The notes: generated by a model from the sequence alone, not told the origin. 64,000 nt of DNA from Thermoplasmata archaeon (GCA_022749895.1 JAKIWS010000002.1:24387-88386); one strand, 5' to 3'. Positions 33,724-42,263 are shown, counted from the first letter of the stretch. Numbers and translations: made by a program.

Positions 33724-34407
33724 TCAACCGGGAAAGGCCCGGAGCGGCACCCCCATCCGGAATCCCTGGTCGGCCGGGGCCTTCTCGCACAGGATGCGGG
33801 CGTCCCGCCAGCTCGCGGAATCCTTCGAACGCACTTCGAAGACGTAGTCGTAGAGGAACCGGTCCTTCCGAGGATGATCGAGCAGTGTCACGACGGCCGT
33901 GAGCCGCTCGCGCTTCCACACGTCGAGGATCGGCTGCGAGCTCGCGTCGTCGTCGGGGTAGAACGCGATAAGGCGGTCGGCGTTCGCCACCACGAAGACC
34001 GCCGGGTGACCTTCGCTCGGTGCGTTCCCGATGATCTCCTGCAGGAGCTGGGGGAGGCGGAGGAAATCCATGAGAGGATGGAGGACCTCGATCGGTTCAT
34101 CGGCACGGACGACCGACCACATCGCCAGGTTCGCGAGGGCGTGCGACGGCTCGAGGTCGGCCGGGGGGATCGTTCGGTACAACATGGTGTCGGGAACCAG
34201 CCCGTTCCGCGACGGATCCTCCGGATCGACGTCGTCACCGGAACTTCCGATGTCGATCCAGGCGTAGCGCGCCTGCACGCGGTGCACCACTTCGAAGGCG
34301 GCGCGGTTGACGGCGAGGCGAGCGTCACCCCAGATCCAAATATTGCAAGGCCCCCGCGTCATGCGGGGCGAGATCCACTCGGGGACCCCAGGGCCGAGGC
34401 CGGGCAT
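33724..34407 (-). CDS. Hypothetical protein, possibly a degenerate (P-loop-less) RecA/KaiC-like fold
   Basis: ORF 33724..34407. I recognised no motif with certainty. NIWIWGDARL sits where a Walker A strand-loop would be, and VFVVANADRLIAFY resembles a Walker B strand. Confidence 0.45.
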   Translation of the reverse strand: MPGLGPGVPEWISPRMTRGPCNIWIWGDARLAVNRAAFEVVHRVQARYAWIDIGSSGDDVDPEDPSRNGLVPDTMLYRTIPPADLEPSHALANLAMWSVVRADEPIEVLHPLMDFLRLPQLLQEIIGNAPSEGHPAVFVVANADRLIAFYPDDDASSQPILDVWKRERLTAVVTLLDHPRKDRFLYDYVFEVRSKDSASWRDARILCEKAPADQGFRMGVPLRAFPG

Positions 34408-34528
34408 GCTACGCTCGGCGGACTAGGGCAAGAATGGCTTCCGTCGACCTCCGGAGGTAGATGCCGGGGCTCGACGAGGCTCGAGGGCGCGTCGTGCGCC
34501 CCACGGAGAACGGCGGCCTGAGGTGGCC

Positions 34529-34582
34529 GCGAGGGGGGCGCTGTCCCGAGAACCGCATGTAAACGGGACGCGCCCCCCTCGC
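34529..34582. other. Strong hairpin (13 bp + 1-nt bulge + 6 bp, 15-nt loop) inside a 334-nt non-coding region
   Basis: Read directly: GCGAGGGGGGCGC-T-GTCCCG [AGAACCGCATGTAAA] CGGGAC-GCGCCCCCCTCGC. Two further 6-bp hairpins lie at 34485-34501 and 34513-34530. Confidence 0.6.
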
Positions 34583-34741
34583 TTCCGATGGTGAGTAGTC
34601 ACTCCGCGTATTGGAACGTGTCGGTGTTTGTCGTACAAATCTGGGTAACCGTGAGACGGGGTTCTGGGACGTTGAGGGTCGGGTGGGCGGTATGGAAAGC
34701 ATCGCCACCCGAGAAGTTCGGATCCACCGCAGTTCGGAGAG

Positions 34742-34908
34742 TGGTGGGAGCAGGGGGATTTGAACCCCCATATGCGGGTCTCTCCGCGCGCTCCAGTCAA
34801 TCGTCATCGGACCGCGCCGGGCGGTCCTCCGCAGACCCAACTTCGCAGGATCGCCTTGCGGCAAACCTGACTGGAGCCCGCTGGTCTACCAGATTAGCCT
34901 ATGCTCCC
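34742..34908 (-). tRNA. tRNA-Trp (anticodon CCA) with a 91-nt intron at the canonical 37/38 position (34780..34870) and encoded 3' CCA
   Basis: Hand-folded. The acceptor is GGGAGCA/UGCUCCC, the anticodon stem GCGGG/CCCGC, the loop CUCCAG|intron|A, and the T arm GGGGG-UUCAAAU-CCCCC, followed by A-CCA. A bulge-helix-bulge forms from CUCC:GGAG (4 bp) flanked by the 3-nt bulges AG|U and AG|A. The D stem has one C:A mismatch. Confidence 0.85.
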
Positions 34909-34933
34909 CCGAGCGCCCGGGAGGAGCCCGGAA

Positions 34934-34943
34934 GATATCCTTT
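34934..34943 (-). promoter_or_regulatory. TATA-like element (AAAGGATATC on minus strand) about 30 nt upstream of tRNA-Trp 5' end
   Basis: AT-rich patch in the divergent intergenic region 34909..35033. Confidence 0.35.
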
Positions 34944-35001
34944 GTTCCCCGGACGGGGAGCCCGCGGAACGTCCGCCCTCGGCGCGAATCGTTCTCGAAA
35001 T

Positions 35002-35009
35002 GTTTATCT
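35002..35009 (+). promoter_or_regulatory. TATA-like box (GTTTATCT) 28 nt upstream of ATG 35034
   Basis: The spacing supports ATG 35034, rather than TTG 35016, as a leaderless start for the binding-protein gene. Confidence 0.4.
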
Positions 35010-35033
35010 GAAACCTTGTTTGCCTGGAATCCA

Positions 35034-36077
35034 ATGTCGTTGAATGGAGCCGTGCCCGGCGCGTCGCGCCAAGTATCGCTCGCCCTCGTTGCCGTGATCT
35101 CGCTGGTCGTCGCAGGGGGGGCGATCGGGGCGACGGCCGCCTACTTCGAACTTCGGCCGTCGGCGACCCACCCGGGCGCTTCCGCGGTGACCGTCACCGA
35201 CGACCTGGGGCGGACCGTCACCGCGCCGTCGAATCCCTCCCGGGTCGTCGCCCTCTCCCCGAGCATCGTCGACTCCCTCGTGCGGCTGGGTCTCCGTGAC
35301 CGCCTCGTCGGGGTCGACTGCTCCAGTCCGGCGTTCGGGGGTCTCTCGGCCGACTACGATGCGAGCCAGACCGCGGCGTGGCACCTCACCTCCGCGATGT
35401 GCGTCCAGGTGAGCCCGCTCAACAGCGAGGCGCTCGTGAACCTCTCGCCCACTCTGGTCCTCTCATCGACGATCGTCTCCGTGAGCGCGGTCCAGGAGAT
35501 CGCGAACACGCTCCACATCCCCGTGATCATGCTGCAGCCCGTCTCGGTCTCGGGGATCGTGACCGATGTCCAGCTCCTGATGTCGCTCTTCCCGACGGGT
35601 TCCCTCGGACCTACTCTCGTTGCCTCCATGCAGCGGGAGCTCGGGAACGTCTCGGTGCTCGACGCCAATCTCTCGTACAACGACGCGCAGCTACCCAGCC
35701 TTCTCCTGACCTACGCGGTCAATCCGGTCGGCAGTACCGCGCCCGGCTACTGGACGTTCGGGCCGGGCACGTTCGGACAGTCGCTCGCGGAACTCGCGGG
35801 GGGCTCGAGCATCTCCGCGAACGTGACCATCCCCTGGCCGGAGCTCTCCGGTTCCCAGGTCCTGCTCGCCGCCCCGAGCTTGATCGTCTATGGGACCGGC
35901 TTCGGGATCGATCTGACCCTGTACGCCCAGGGACCGGACTGGTCGAGCTTCACCGCGGTCCAGAGCGGTCACGCGTACGCGATCGATTCGACGTTGATCA
36001 CCGAGCCCGGCCCCACCACGGTCCTCGTCGGGCTCCCCGATCTCATCGGTCTCCTGCATCCCAGCGCGCACAGCTAA
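35034..36077 (+). CDS. ABC transporter substrate-binding protein (iron-siderophore/cobalamin, FecB/BtuF-type)
   Basis: ORF 35016..36077. An N-terminal TM/signal (VSLALVAVISLVVAGGAIGA) is present. VTDDLGRTVTAPSNPSRVVALSPSIVDSLVRLGLRDRLVGVD is typical of the type III periplasmic binding fold. Confidence 0.8.
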   Translation: MSLNGAVPGASRQVSLALVAVISLVVAGGAIGATAAYFELRPSATHPGASAVTVTDDLGRTVTAPSNPSRVVALSPSIVDSLVRLGLRDRLVGVDCSSPAFGGLSADYDASQTAAWHLTSAMCVQVSPLNSEALVNLSPTLVLSSTIVSVSAVQEIANTLHIPVIMLQPVSVSGIVTDVQLLMSLFPTGSLGPTLVASMQRELGNVSVLDANLSYNDAQLPSLLLTYAVNPVGSTAPGYWTFGPGTFGQSLAELAGGSSISANVTIPWPELSGSQVLLAAPSLIVYGTGFGIDLTLYAQGPDWSSFTAVQSGHAYAIDSTLITEPGPTTVLVGLPDLIGLLHPSAHS

Positions 36078-36083
36078 CGACCG

Positions 36084-37196
36084 GTGGGTTGGGCGGTGCC
36101 GGCCGCGGGTGCACCGGGGGTCGGCGACCGTTTGGGTCGGCGTCGCTTCGGGGGGTGGCTCCTCGCCTCGACCGTGGCCACGATGGCATTCCTTACGCTC
36201 GCATCGTTCTTCGTCGGCACCGTCCCGATCCCGTTCCGGGTGGTCGCGGCGATCCTGCTCCACCAGGCCTCGAACGGTGCGGTGTTCAGTTCGCCCTGCG
36301 CCGGCACGGTGCCGGCGTTCCGGTGCGCGGCGTTCACCGCGATCGTGTGGGATCTTCGCGTCCCCGCCGTCTTGCTCGCCTTGATCGCGGGCGCCGCGCT
36401 CGGCCTCGCGGGCGGGACGCTCCAAGGCGTTTTCCGGAATCCACTCGCCGACCCGTACCTGTTCGGGCTGTCGGCCGGGGCGGCGGTCGGAGCTGCGGGG
36501 CTTTACGTCTTCAATATCGGATTGCGGGAGTCGAACATCACCCTCCCATTGTTCGCTTTCCTGGGGGCGGTGGTCACCGGCGCGGCGATCCTGGCGATCG
36601 CCGGAGGACGGTTAGGCTCGGTCGAAACCCTGCTCCTGAGCGGGGTCGCTCTGAGCTACCTGCTCTCGGGCGTCCTTTCTCTCATGCTCCTCTACAATCC
36701 GTTCGGGAGCCTCCAGGTCAGCTTCTGGCTGCTCGGGGGGCTGACCGGCGCCACGTGGGACCGGGTGGGGGTGGCGTTCGGCGGCCTCCTCGTGGCGGGC
36801 TCCCTCCTGGTGGTCGCCAGCCGGGAAGTGAACGTGCTCCAGCTCGGAGACGAGGTCGCCCTCAGCCTCGGGGTCGAGGTCGCGCGGGTCCGCACCCGCC
36901 TCATCCTCCTCGCCTCACTCGCCACCGGATTCGCGGTGGCCTTTACCGGGGTCATCGGCTTTGTGGGCCTCATCTCCCCGCACATCGTACGGCGGATCTT
37001 CGGTCCGGATTATCGAGTGGTCCTCCCCGGATCCGCCCTGGTCGGAGGGATCTTCCTGCTGGGGGCCTCGGACCTCGCCCAAACCATCCTTCCCCAGACC
37101 GTCCTGCCCGTCGGCGTCCTCACGGCGTTCGCCGGGGCTCCGTTCTTTCTCTACCTCCTGCAGCGGAAGCGACGCCAAGGAACCGGGGGGCGGTAG
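36084..37196 (+). CDS. Iron-chelate/cobalamin ABC transporter permease (FecCD/BtuC family)
   Basis: ORF 36084..37196 is polytopic. Family strings are GAALGLAGGTLQGVFRNPLADPYLFGLSAGA and GVIGFVGLISPHIVR. Confidence 0.85.
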   Translation: MGWAVPAAGAPGVGDRLGRRRFGGWLLASTVATMAFLTLASFFVGTVPIPFRVVAAILLHQASNGAVFSSPCAGTVPAFRCAAFTAIVWDLRVPAVLLALIAGAALGLAGGTLQGVFRNPLADPYLFGLSAGAAVGAAGLYVFNIGLRESNITLPLFAFLGAVVTGAAILAIAGGRLGSVETLLLSGVALSYLLSGVLSLMLLYNPFGSLQVSFWLLGGLTGATWDRVGVAFGGLLVAGSLLVVASREVNVLQLGDEVALSLGVEVARVRTRLILLASLATGFAVAFTGVIGFVGLISPHIVRRIFGPDYRVVLPGSALVGGIFLLGASDLAQTILPQTVLPVGVLTAFAGAPFFLYLLQRKRRQGTGGR

Positions 37197-37200
37197 CCGG

Positions 37201-38529
37201 ATGGACGGGGGGCTCACCCTCGAGGTCGACGACCTCGTGGTGGGGTACGGCGACCGACCGGCGTTGCGGGGTCTCTCGCTCCGGGTCGAGGCCGGCGAGG
37301 TGCTGGCGCTGACCGGACCGAACGGTTCGGGCAAGACGACCTTGCTGAAATCGGTCCTGGGGCTGGTGACCCCGGAACGTGGGACGATCCGCGTCGGCGG
37401 CACCGACGTGGGGGGACTCGCCCGTCGGGAGCGAGCGCGGCGGATCGCCTGGGTCCCTCAGTCCGAGGCCCCGATGGACAACGTTCCCCTGTTGGAGTAC
37501 GTCCTCTACGGTCGGCACCCGCACATCGGCGGCTTCGAACGGGAGAATGCGTACGACGCGGTGCGCGTGCGCGACGCCCTCGCCGCCGTCGACCTCACGG
37601 ACCGGGCGGATGCGGGGATCCTCGAACTCAGCGGCGGCGAGCGCCAGCGGGCCCTGCTCGCGCGCGCCCTCGCGCAGGACACCCCGATCCTCCTCCTGGA
37701 TGAACCCACGTCGAGCCTCGACATCGGCCACCAGCTCGACCTGCTCGACCGCATCCGCGCGCTCTCCCGCGGGGAGGGTCGCACCGTCGTCACCGCCATG
37801 CACGACCTCAACCTGGCGGCCCGGTACGCCGACCGGATCGCGGTCCTCGACCACGGACGGCTCGTGGCGCTCGGTCCCCCCAGCGCCGTCCTCTCCCCCA
37901 CGCTGCTGCGGGACGTGTGGGGCGTGACCGCCGATCTTCGACACGATGCCCGGACGGGTCTGCCGTTCCTCGTCCCTCGACTTCCTCCCGCGATCCCGCC
38001 CGAGGCCGGGTCGGCGACGGCGCGCCCCGGCCCGATCCACGTCCTGGGCGGGGGCGGGGCCGCGGTCAGCACCTTGCAACGGCTCGTCGACGAGGGGTTC
38101 CGCGTCACCGCCGGCGCGCTGAACCTCCTGGATTCCGACAGCGAAGCGGCCCAGAGCCTGGGGGTACCGTTCGCCGCCGAGATGCCGTTCGCGCCGCTGA
38201 GCGACGAGGTGCGGGCCGAGAACCGCCGGTTCATGCTCGCGGCGACGGCGATCGTGATCACGCCGTTCGCGGTGGGACCCTCGAACTTGGGGAACCTCGA
38301 AGACGTTGCGGGTCTGGGACCCGGTTCTCCCCCGGTCATCCTGTTCGTCCAGCCGCCCTGGACGTTGCGGGATTTCGCCGCCGGGCGCGTGACGCCGATC
38401 ATCAACGACCTCCTCGCGCGGGGCGCATCCCCCGTTCAGGGGGTCGACGAACTGTTGGCGCTCCTACGCGCCCGAACCCTTCGGGCCCGAGACCCGCCGG
38501 TGGCGGACGCGATCCGGAGCGTCGGGTAG
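37201..38529 (+). CDS. ABC transporter ATP-binding protein (FepC/BtuD-type) with an extra ~180-aa C-terminal domain
   Basis: ATG 37201 lies inside ORF 36961..38529. Walker A is GPNGSGKTT, the signature LSGGERQR and Walker B ILLLDEPTSSLD. After about residue 260 a second, non-low-complexity domain begins (IHVLGGGGAAVSTLQRLVDEGFRVTAGALN...). Confidence 0.85.
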   Translation: MDGGLTLEVDDLVVGYGDRPALRGLSLRVEAGEVLALTGPNGSGKTTLLKSVLGLVTPERGTIRVGGTDVGGLARRERARRIAWVPQSEAPMDNVPLLEYVLYGRHPHIGGFERENAYDAVRVRDALAAVDLTDRADAGILELSGGERQRALLARALAQDTPILLLDEPTSSLDIGHQLDLLDRIRALSRGEGRTVVTAMHDLNLAARYADRIAVLDHGRLVALGPPSAVLSPTLLRDVWGVTADLRHDARTGLPFLVPRLPPAIPPEAGSATARPGPIHVLGGGGAAVSTLQRLVDEGFRVTAGALNLLDSDSEAAQSLGVPFAAEMPFAPLSDEVRAENRRFMLAATAIVITPFAVGPSNLGNLEDVAGLGPGSPPVILFVQPPWTLRDFAAGRVTPIINDLLARGASPVQGVDELLALLRARTLRARDPPVADAIRSVG

Positions 38530-39372
38530 CAGCGAGCGGACGTTCAGCGGCGGATCATCCGCCTCCCCCAGGTCCGCGAGAAGCCGAGGAAGCTCCGGCG
38601 CGCTGACGAAGACGGTCGTCGAGATCCCGAGGCGGGACGCCTCTCGACTCGCCGCCCCGACACCGAATCGCTGGATCGGTTCGGAGGTGGCGCGCCGCGC
38701 GAGGTGGTAGGCTTCCAGCCCGACGGCGGCCAGGATCCCGTCGTGGCGGGGAGCGACCCAGGGACGGATCCGCGCCAGGAGTCGAGGATCGTCGACGCGC
38801 TGGGGATCGACCACAAGCACATCGACGCGGCCCGGCGCCAGGGGAACGATTCCTTCGAGGTCGTCGACCTCGACGAGCGCTCCCGGACGCGCGGCGGCCC
38901 GGGCCCGCCCGGTCGAGGAGCCGGTCGCCCCGGGACGGGCCGTGAGCAGCCCGTGTTCGAGGGTCAGGGTCACGGGCTCCCCCGCCCGCAGCGGGGATGG
39001 GGCCAGAGCCCGACAACTTCGGATGACGCGGAGCCGGCGCAGCCGCTCGACGAGATCGTCCTGGACGTCGCCCAAGCGCGAGTGGAGCCAGTCGACGCCG
39101 GCGACCGTCGGTCGATACCGGCCATCCCGGCTCTCGACGAGGCCCCGGCGGGCGAGAGCGCGGTAGGCGTGGGACGCGGCCTGGACGGTGACCCCGAGGA
39201 GGTCGGCGATCGGGCGGAGCCGCGTCGGGGGGGCGGTCGTGCATTCGTAGAGGAAGAGGAGCTCCGTGACCTCCGCTCGGCGGCGGAGGCCGGCGAGCCC
39301 TTTCCGGATCGTCGCGGGAGCGTGGGGGGCCGAAAGGCGGCCGGACGCCGCGGCACGGGGCACCCCCGTCAC
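38464..39372 (-). CDS. Winged-helix transcriptional regulator with uncharacterised C-terminal domain
   Basis: This is the C-terminal part of ORF 38464..41955. GTG 39372 overlaps the uvrB stop (GTGA). The wHTH reads ELLFLYECTTAPPTRLRPIADLLGVTVQAASHAYRALARRGLVESRDGRYRPT. Confidence 0.55.
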   Translation of the reverse strand: MTGVPRAAASGRLSAPHAPATIRKGLAGLRRRAEVTELLFLYECTTAPPTRLRPIADLLGVTVQAASHAYRALARRGLVESRDGRYRPTVAGVDWLHSRLGDVQDDLVERLRRLRVIRSCRALAPSPLRAGEPVTLTLEHGLLTARPGATGSSTGRARAAARPGALVEVDDLEGIVPLAPGRVDVLVVDPQRVDDPRLLARIRPWVAPRHDGILAAVGLEAYHLARRATSEPIQRFGVGAASREASRLGISTTVFVSAPELPRLLADLGEADDPPLNVRSLLPDAPDRVRHRRVSGPKGSGA

Positions 39373-41438
39373 GATTCCGCTGCCTTCGCGCCGCGGCCCC
39401 GCCCGGCGTGCGCGGCGACGGCGACCTTGAGCTGACGTTCCAGGTCGCGGATGCGGTCCCGGATCCGGGCCGCCTCCTCGAAATCGAGCCGCTCGGCCGC
39501 GATGCGCATCTCCTCTTCGAGGTTGGCCAGGAGCAACGGCAGGCGCTGCTGCCACTTCGGTCCCATCCGCGAGGTCGAGAGCTCCCCGGACGCCGCCTCC
39601 GCGTCCGGTTCGAGCAGGGACCGGATCTCCTTCCGGATCGATTCGGGGACGATCCCGTGCTCCCGGTTGTACGCGACCTGGACCTCGCGTCGCCGGGCCA
39701 TCTCCGCGATCGCCCGCTGCATGGAGCCCGTCACCTTGTCGGCGTAGAGGATGACCCGGCCCATGACGTTGCGCGAGGCACGGCCGGACGTCTGGATGAG
39801 GGACGTCTCGCTCCGAAGGTAGCCTTCCTTGTCGGCGTCCAGGATCGCGACCAAGCTCACCTCCGGGAGGTCGAGGCCTTCCCGGAGGAGGTTGATGCCG
39901 ACGAGGATGTCGAACTCGCCGAGCCGAAGGTCGCGGAGGATCTCGATCCGCTTGAGCGTCTCGACGTCCGAGTGCAGGTAGCGGACCTTGAATCCCAGGT
40001 TCGCGAGATAGCTCGCCAGCTCCTCCGACGTCGACTTGGTGAGGGTGGTGACGAGCGCGCGGTCTCCGCGGGCGATGACGGAACGAAGCTCGCCGACGAG
40101 GTTCTCGATGTGACCTTTCAGCGGCCGGACCTCGATCTCGGGGTCGACGAGGCCGGTGGGCCGGATGATCTGCTCGACCACGCCCCGGGAGACCTTCCGC
40201 TCGAACGGGCCGGGGGTGGCGGAGACGAACACCGCCTGCGGGACCTTGCCCAGAAACTCCGGGAACTTGAGCGGTCGGTTGTCGCGCGCCGAGGGGAGCC
40301 GCCAGCCGAAGTCGACGAGGTTGTCCTTCCGGCTCCGGTCGCCCTTGTACATCCCCTCGAGCTGCGGAATCGTGACGTGCGACTCGTCGACGAAGGCGAG
40401 GAAGTCGTCGGGGAAGAAGTCGAGCAGCGTGTACGGCGGCTCGCCCGGCTTGCGGCCCGCGAAGTACCGGGAGTAGTTCTCGATCCCTCCGGTGTAGCCG
40501 GTCTCGCGGATCATCTCGAGGTCGTAATCCGTGCGTCCGCGCAGGCGCTGCGCCTCCACGATCTTCTCCTGCGCTATCAGTTCGGCGACGCGGGCCTCCT
40601 TCTCCTGGTTGATCTCGGCGAGGATCCGCTCGAGCTTCTCGTCCGCGCTCAGGAAGTGGGTCGCGGGAAAGACGACGAGCTCGTCGATCTCGCGCCGTTC
40701 CTCCTGCGTGACCTTGTCGAGCTCGGTGATGCTCTCCACGCGGTCGCCGTCGAAGACGATCCGGTGGAGCGAGTCGCCGGCGCCCAGGAGGTCGAGCGTC
40801 CCGCCGCGGACGCGGAAGCGCCCGCGCTTGAGCTCGATATCGTTGCGCTGGTAGCGCATCCGGATCAGGCGCTCGATGAACGCCCGGCGGCCGAGCTCCT
40901 CGTCCCGCTTCAAGTGCAGGACGTTCGCGCCGTAGTCCTCGGGCGAGCCCAACCCGTAGATGCAGCTCACCGAGGCGACGATGAGCACGTCGCGCCGCGT
41001 CATGAGCGCCTGCGTCGCCCGGTGGCGGAGTTTCTCGATCTCCTCGTTGATGGAGGCGTCCTTCTCGATGTAGAGGTCCGTCTGCGGGACGTACGCTTCC
41101 GGCTGGTAGTAGTCGTAGTAGCTCACGAAGTACTCGACGGCGTTGCGCGGGAACAGGGCCCGGAACTCGCTCACCAGTTGCGCGGCCAACGTCTTGTTGG
41201 GTGAGATGACGATCGTCGGGCGCTGCAGCTGCGCGACGATGTGCGCCATCGTGAACGTCTTGCCGGACCCCGTGACGCCGAGGAGCGTGACGTACTTCTC
41301 GGGCGTCCGAAGGCGCTCGACCGCTTCGGCGATCGCCTTCGGCTGATCCCCTTGCGGGACGAGTTCCGTCTCGAGCTGGAAGCGCCCCTGCAGGCGCCGC
41401 GACGACGCCGGTTGGGAGCGCGACGCAGCGGCGGCCAC
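39369..41438 (-). CDS. uvrB: Excinuclease ABC subunit B
   Basis: ORF 39369..41438 (GTG start). Family strings are GVTGSGKTFTMA, DESHVTIPQ, the helicase motifs and a C-terminal UVR domain (LEEEMRIAAERLDFEEAARIRDRI). Confidence 0.95.
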   Translation of the reverse strand: MAAAASRSQPASSRRLQGRFQLETELVPQGDQPKAIAEAVERLRTPEKYVTLLGVTGSGKTFTMAHIVAQLQRPTIVISPNKTLAAQLVSEFRALFPRNAVEYFVSYYDYYQPEAYVPQTDLYIEKDASINEEIEKLRHRATQALMTRRDVLIVASVSCIYGLGSPEDYGANVLHLKRDEELGRRAFIERLIRMRYQRNDIELKRGRFRVRGGTLDLLGAGDSLHRIVFDGDRVESITELDKVTQEERREIDELVVFPATHFLSADEKLERILAEINQEKEARVAELIAQEKIVEAQRLRGRTDYDLEMIRETGYTGGIENYSRYFAGRKPGEPPYTLLDFFPDDFLAFVDESHVTIPQLEGMYKGDRSRKDNLVDFGWRLPSARDNRPLKFPEFLGKVPQAVFVSATPGPFERKVSRGVVEQIIRPTGLVDPEIEVRPLKGHIENLVGELRSVIARGDRALVTTLTKSTSEELASYLANLGFKVRYLHSDVETLKRIEILRDLRLGEFDILVGINLLREGLDLPEVSLVAILDADKEGYLRSETSLIQTSGRASRNVMGRVILYADKVTGSMQRAIAEMARRREVQVAYNREHGIVPESIRKEIRSLLEPDAEAASGELSTSRMGPKWQQRLPLLLANLEEEMRIAAERLDFEEAARIRDRIRDLERQLKVAVAAHAGRGRGAKAAES

Positions 41439-41441
41439 CGT

Positions 41442-42263
41442 TCACGCCCCCGCCCGCGGACGGTAGCCGACCGGATCCAGGACCACCGCATCGAATCCGC
41501 GCCGTTGCAGTTCGGTGGTGACCGTCGCCGCCATCGCTCCCCCGGTCAAGCGGGGGACCTCGTCCGGGTCGACCTCGACGCGGGCGGCCCCACCCCGGAC
41601 GCGAACCCGCACCCGGCGGAACCCCTGCTGTTCCATCCACGCCTCGGCCGATTCGACCCGGGCGAGGAGTTCGGCGGTGACCGGCTGACCGTGCGGGATG
41701 CGCGACGCGAGGCAGGCGTCGGACGGCTGGTCGGCGTTCGGAAGCCCGCGCCGGCGGGCGTACCGTCGAACGTCCGCCTTGTGCCAGCCTCCCGCCACCA
41801 GGGGGTGGCGGAATCCCGCCTCGTCCATCGCGCGGATGCCGGGGCGGTCGTCCCCGAGGTCGTCGACCTGAACCCCATCGAGGTACTGCGCGATACCGTG
41901 CGCCGCCCCCCAGCGGTGGAAGGTCGTGGATTCGGTCGACCGGCAGAAGTAGCACCGGTCCGCGGGATTCTCACGGTACCCAGCGACCGCCAGCGGATCG
42001 ACCGGTAGCACGACATGCTCGATGCCGATCGCGGTCGCCACCTGGCGGGCCCGCTCGACCTCCCGGGAGGCGACCGCGACGCCCGCGAGGGTGACGGCGA
42101 CCGAGCGACCGGGGAGCGCGGCGTGCGTGAGGGCGGCCACCACCGCGGAGTCGACGCCGCCGGAGAGCGCGACGAGCGCCCGGCCGTCGCGCCCGATCCA
42201 CCGCCGCAGCTCCCGGGGCGAACCCCGGGCGCCCACGGGCCGGGGTCGCGCCGGGTTCGCCAT
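41442..42263 (-). CDS. larE: PP-loop ATP pyrophosphatase, LarE-like sulfur transferase
   Basis: ATG 42263 lies inside ORF 41442..42662. The PP-loop is SGGVDSAVV and the LarE-type Cys motif is PSDACLASRIPHG. The stop is 3 nt before the uvrB start. Confidence 0.7.
   Translation of the reverse strand: MANPARPRPVGARGSPRELRRWIGRDGRALVALSGGVDSAVVAALTHAALPGRSVAVTLAGVAVASREVERARQVATAIGIEHVVLPVDPLAVAGYRENPADRCYFCRSTESTTFHRWGAAHGIAQYLDGVQVDDLGDDRPGIRAMDEAGFRHPLVAGGWHKADVRRYARRRGLPNADQPSDACLASRIPHGQPVTAELLARVESAEAWMEQQGFRRVRVRVRGGAARVEVDPDEVPRLTGGAMAATVTTELQRRGFDAVVLDPVGYRPRAGA

Noticed and set aside
34409-34864. ORFs of 151 and 125 aa (minus) and 151 aa (plus, 34588..35043) over the non-coding region and tRNA-Trp
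   Set aside because: They run through a confidently folded tRNA and its intron. Their composition is R/P/S-rich, and the region is better explained as RNA.
39373-41955. N-terminal ~860 codons of the 1163-aa ORF 38464..41955
   Set aside because: An off-frame shadow of uvrB and larE. Only the C-terminal 302 codons (wHTH protein) are credible.
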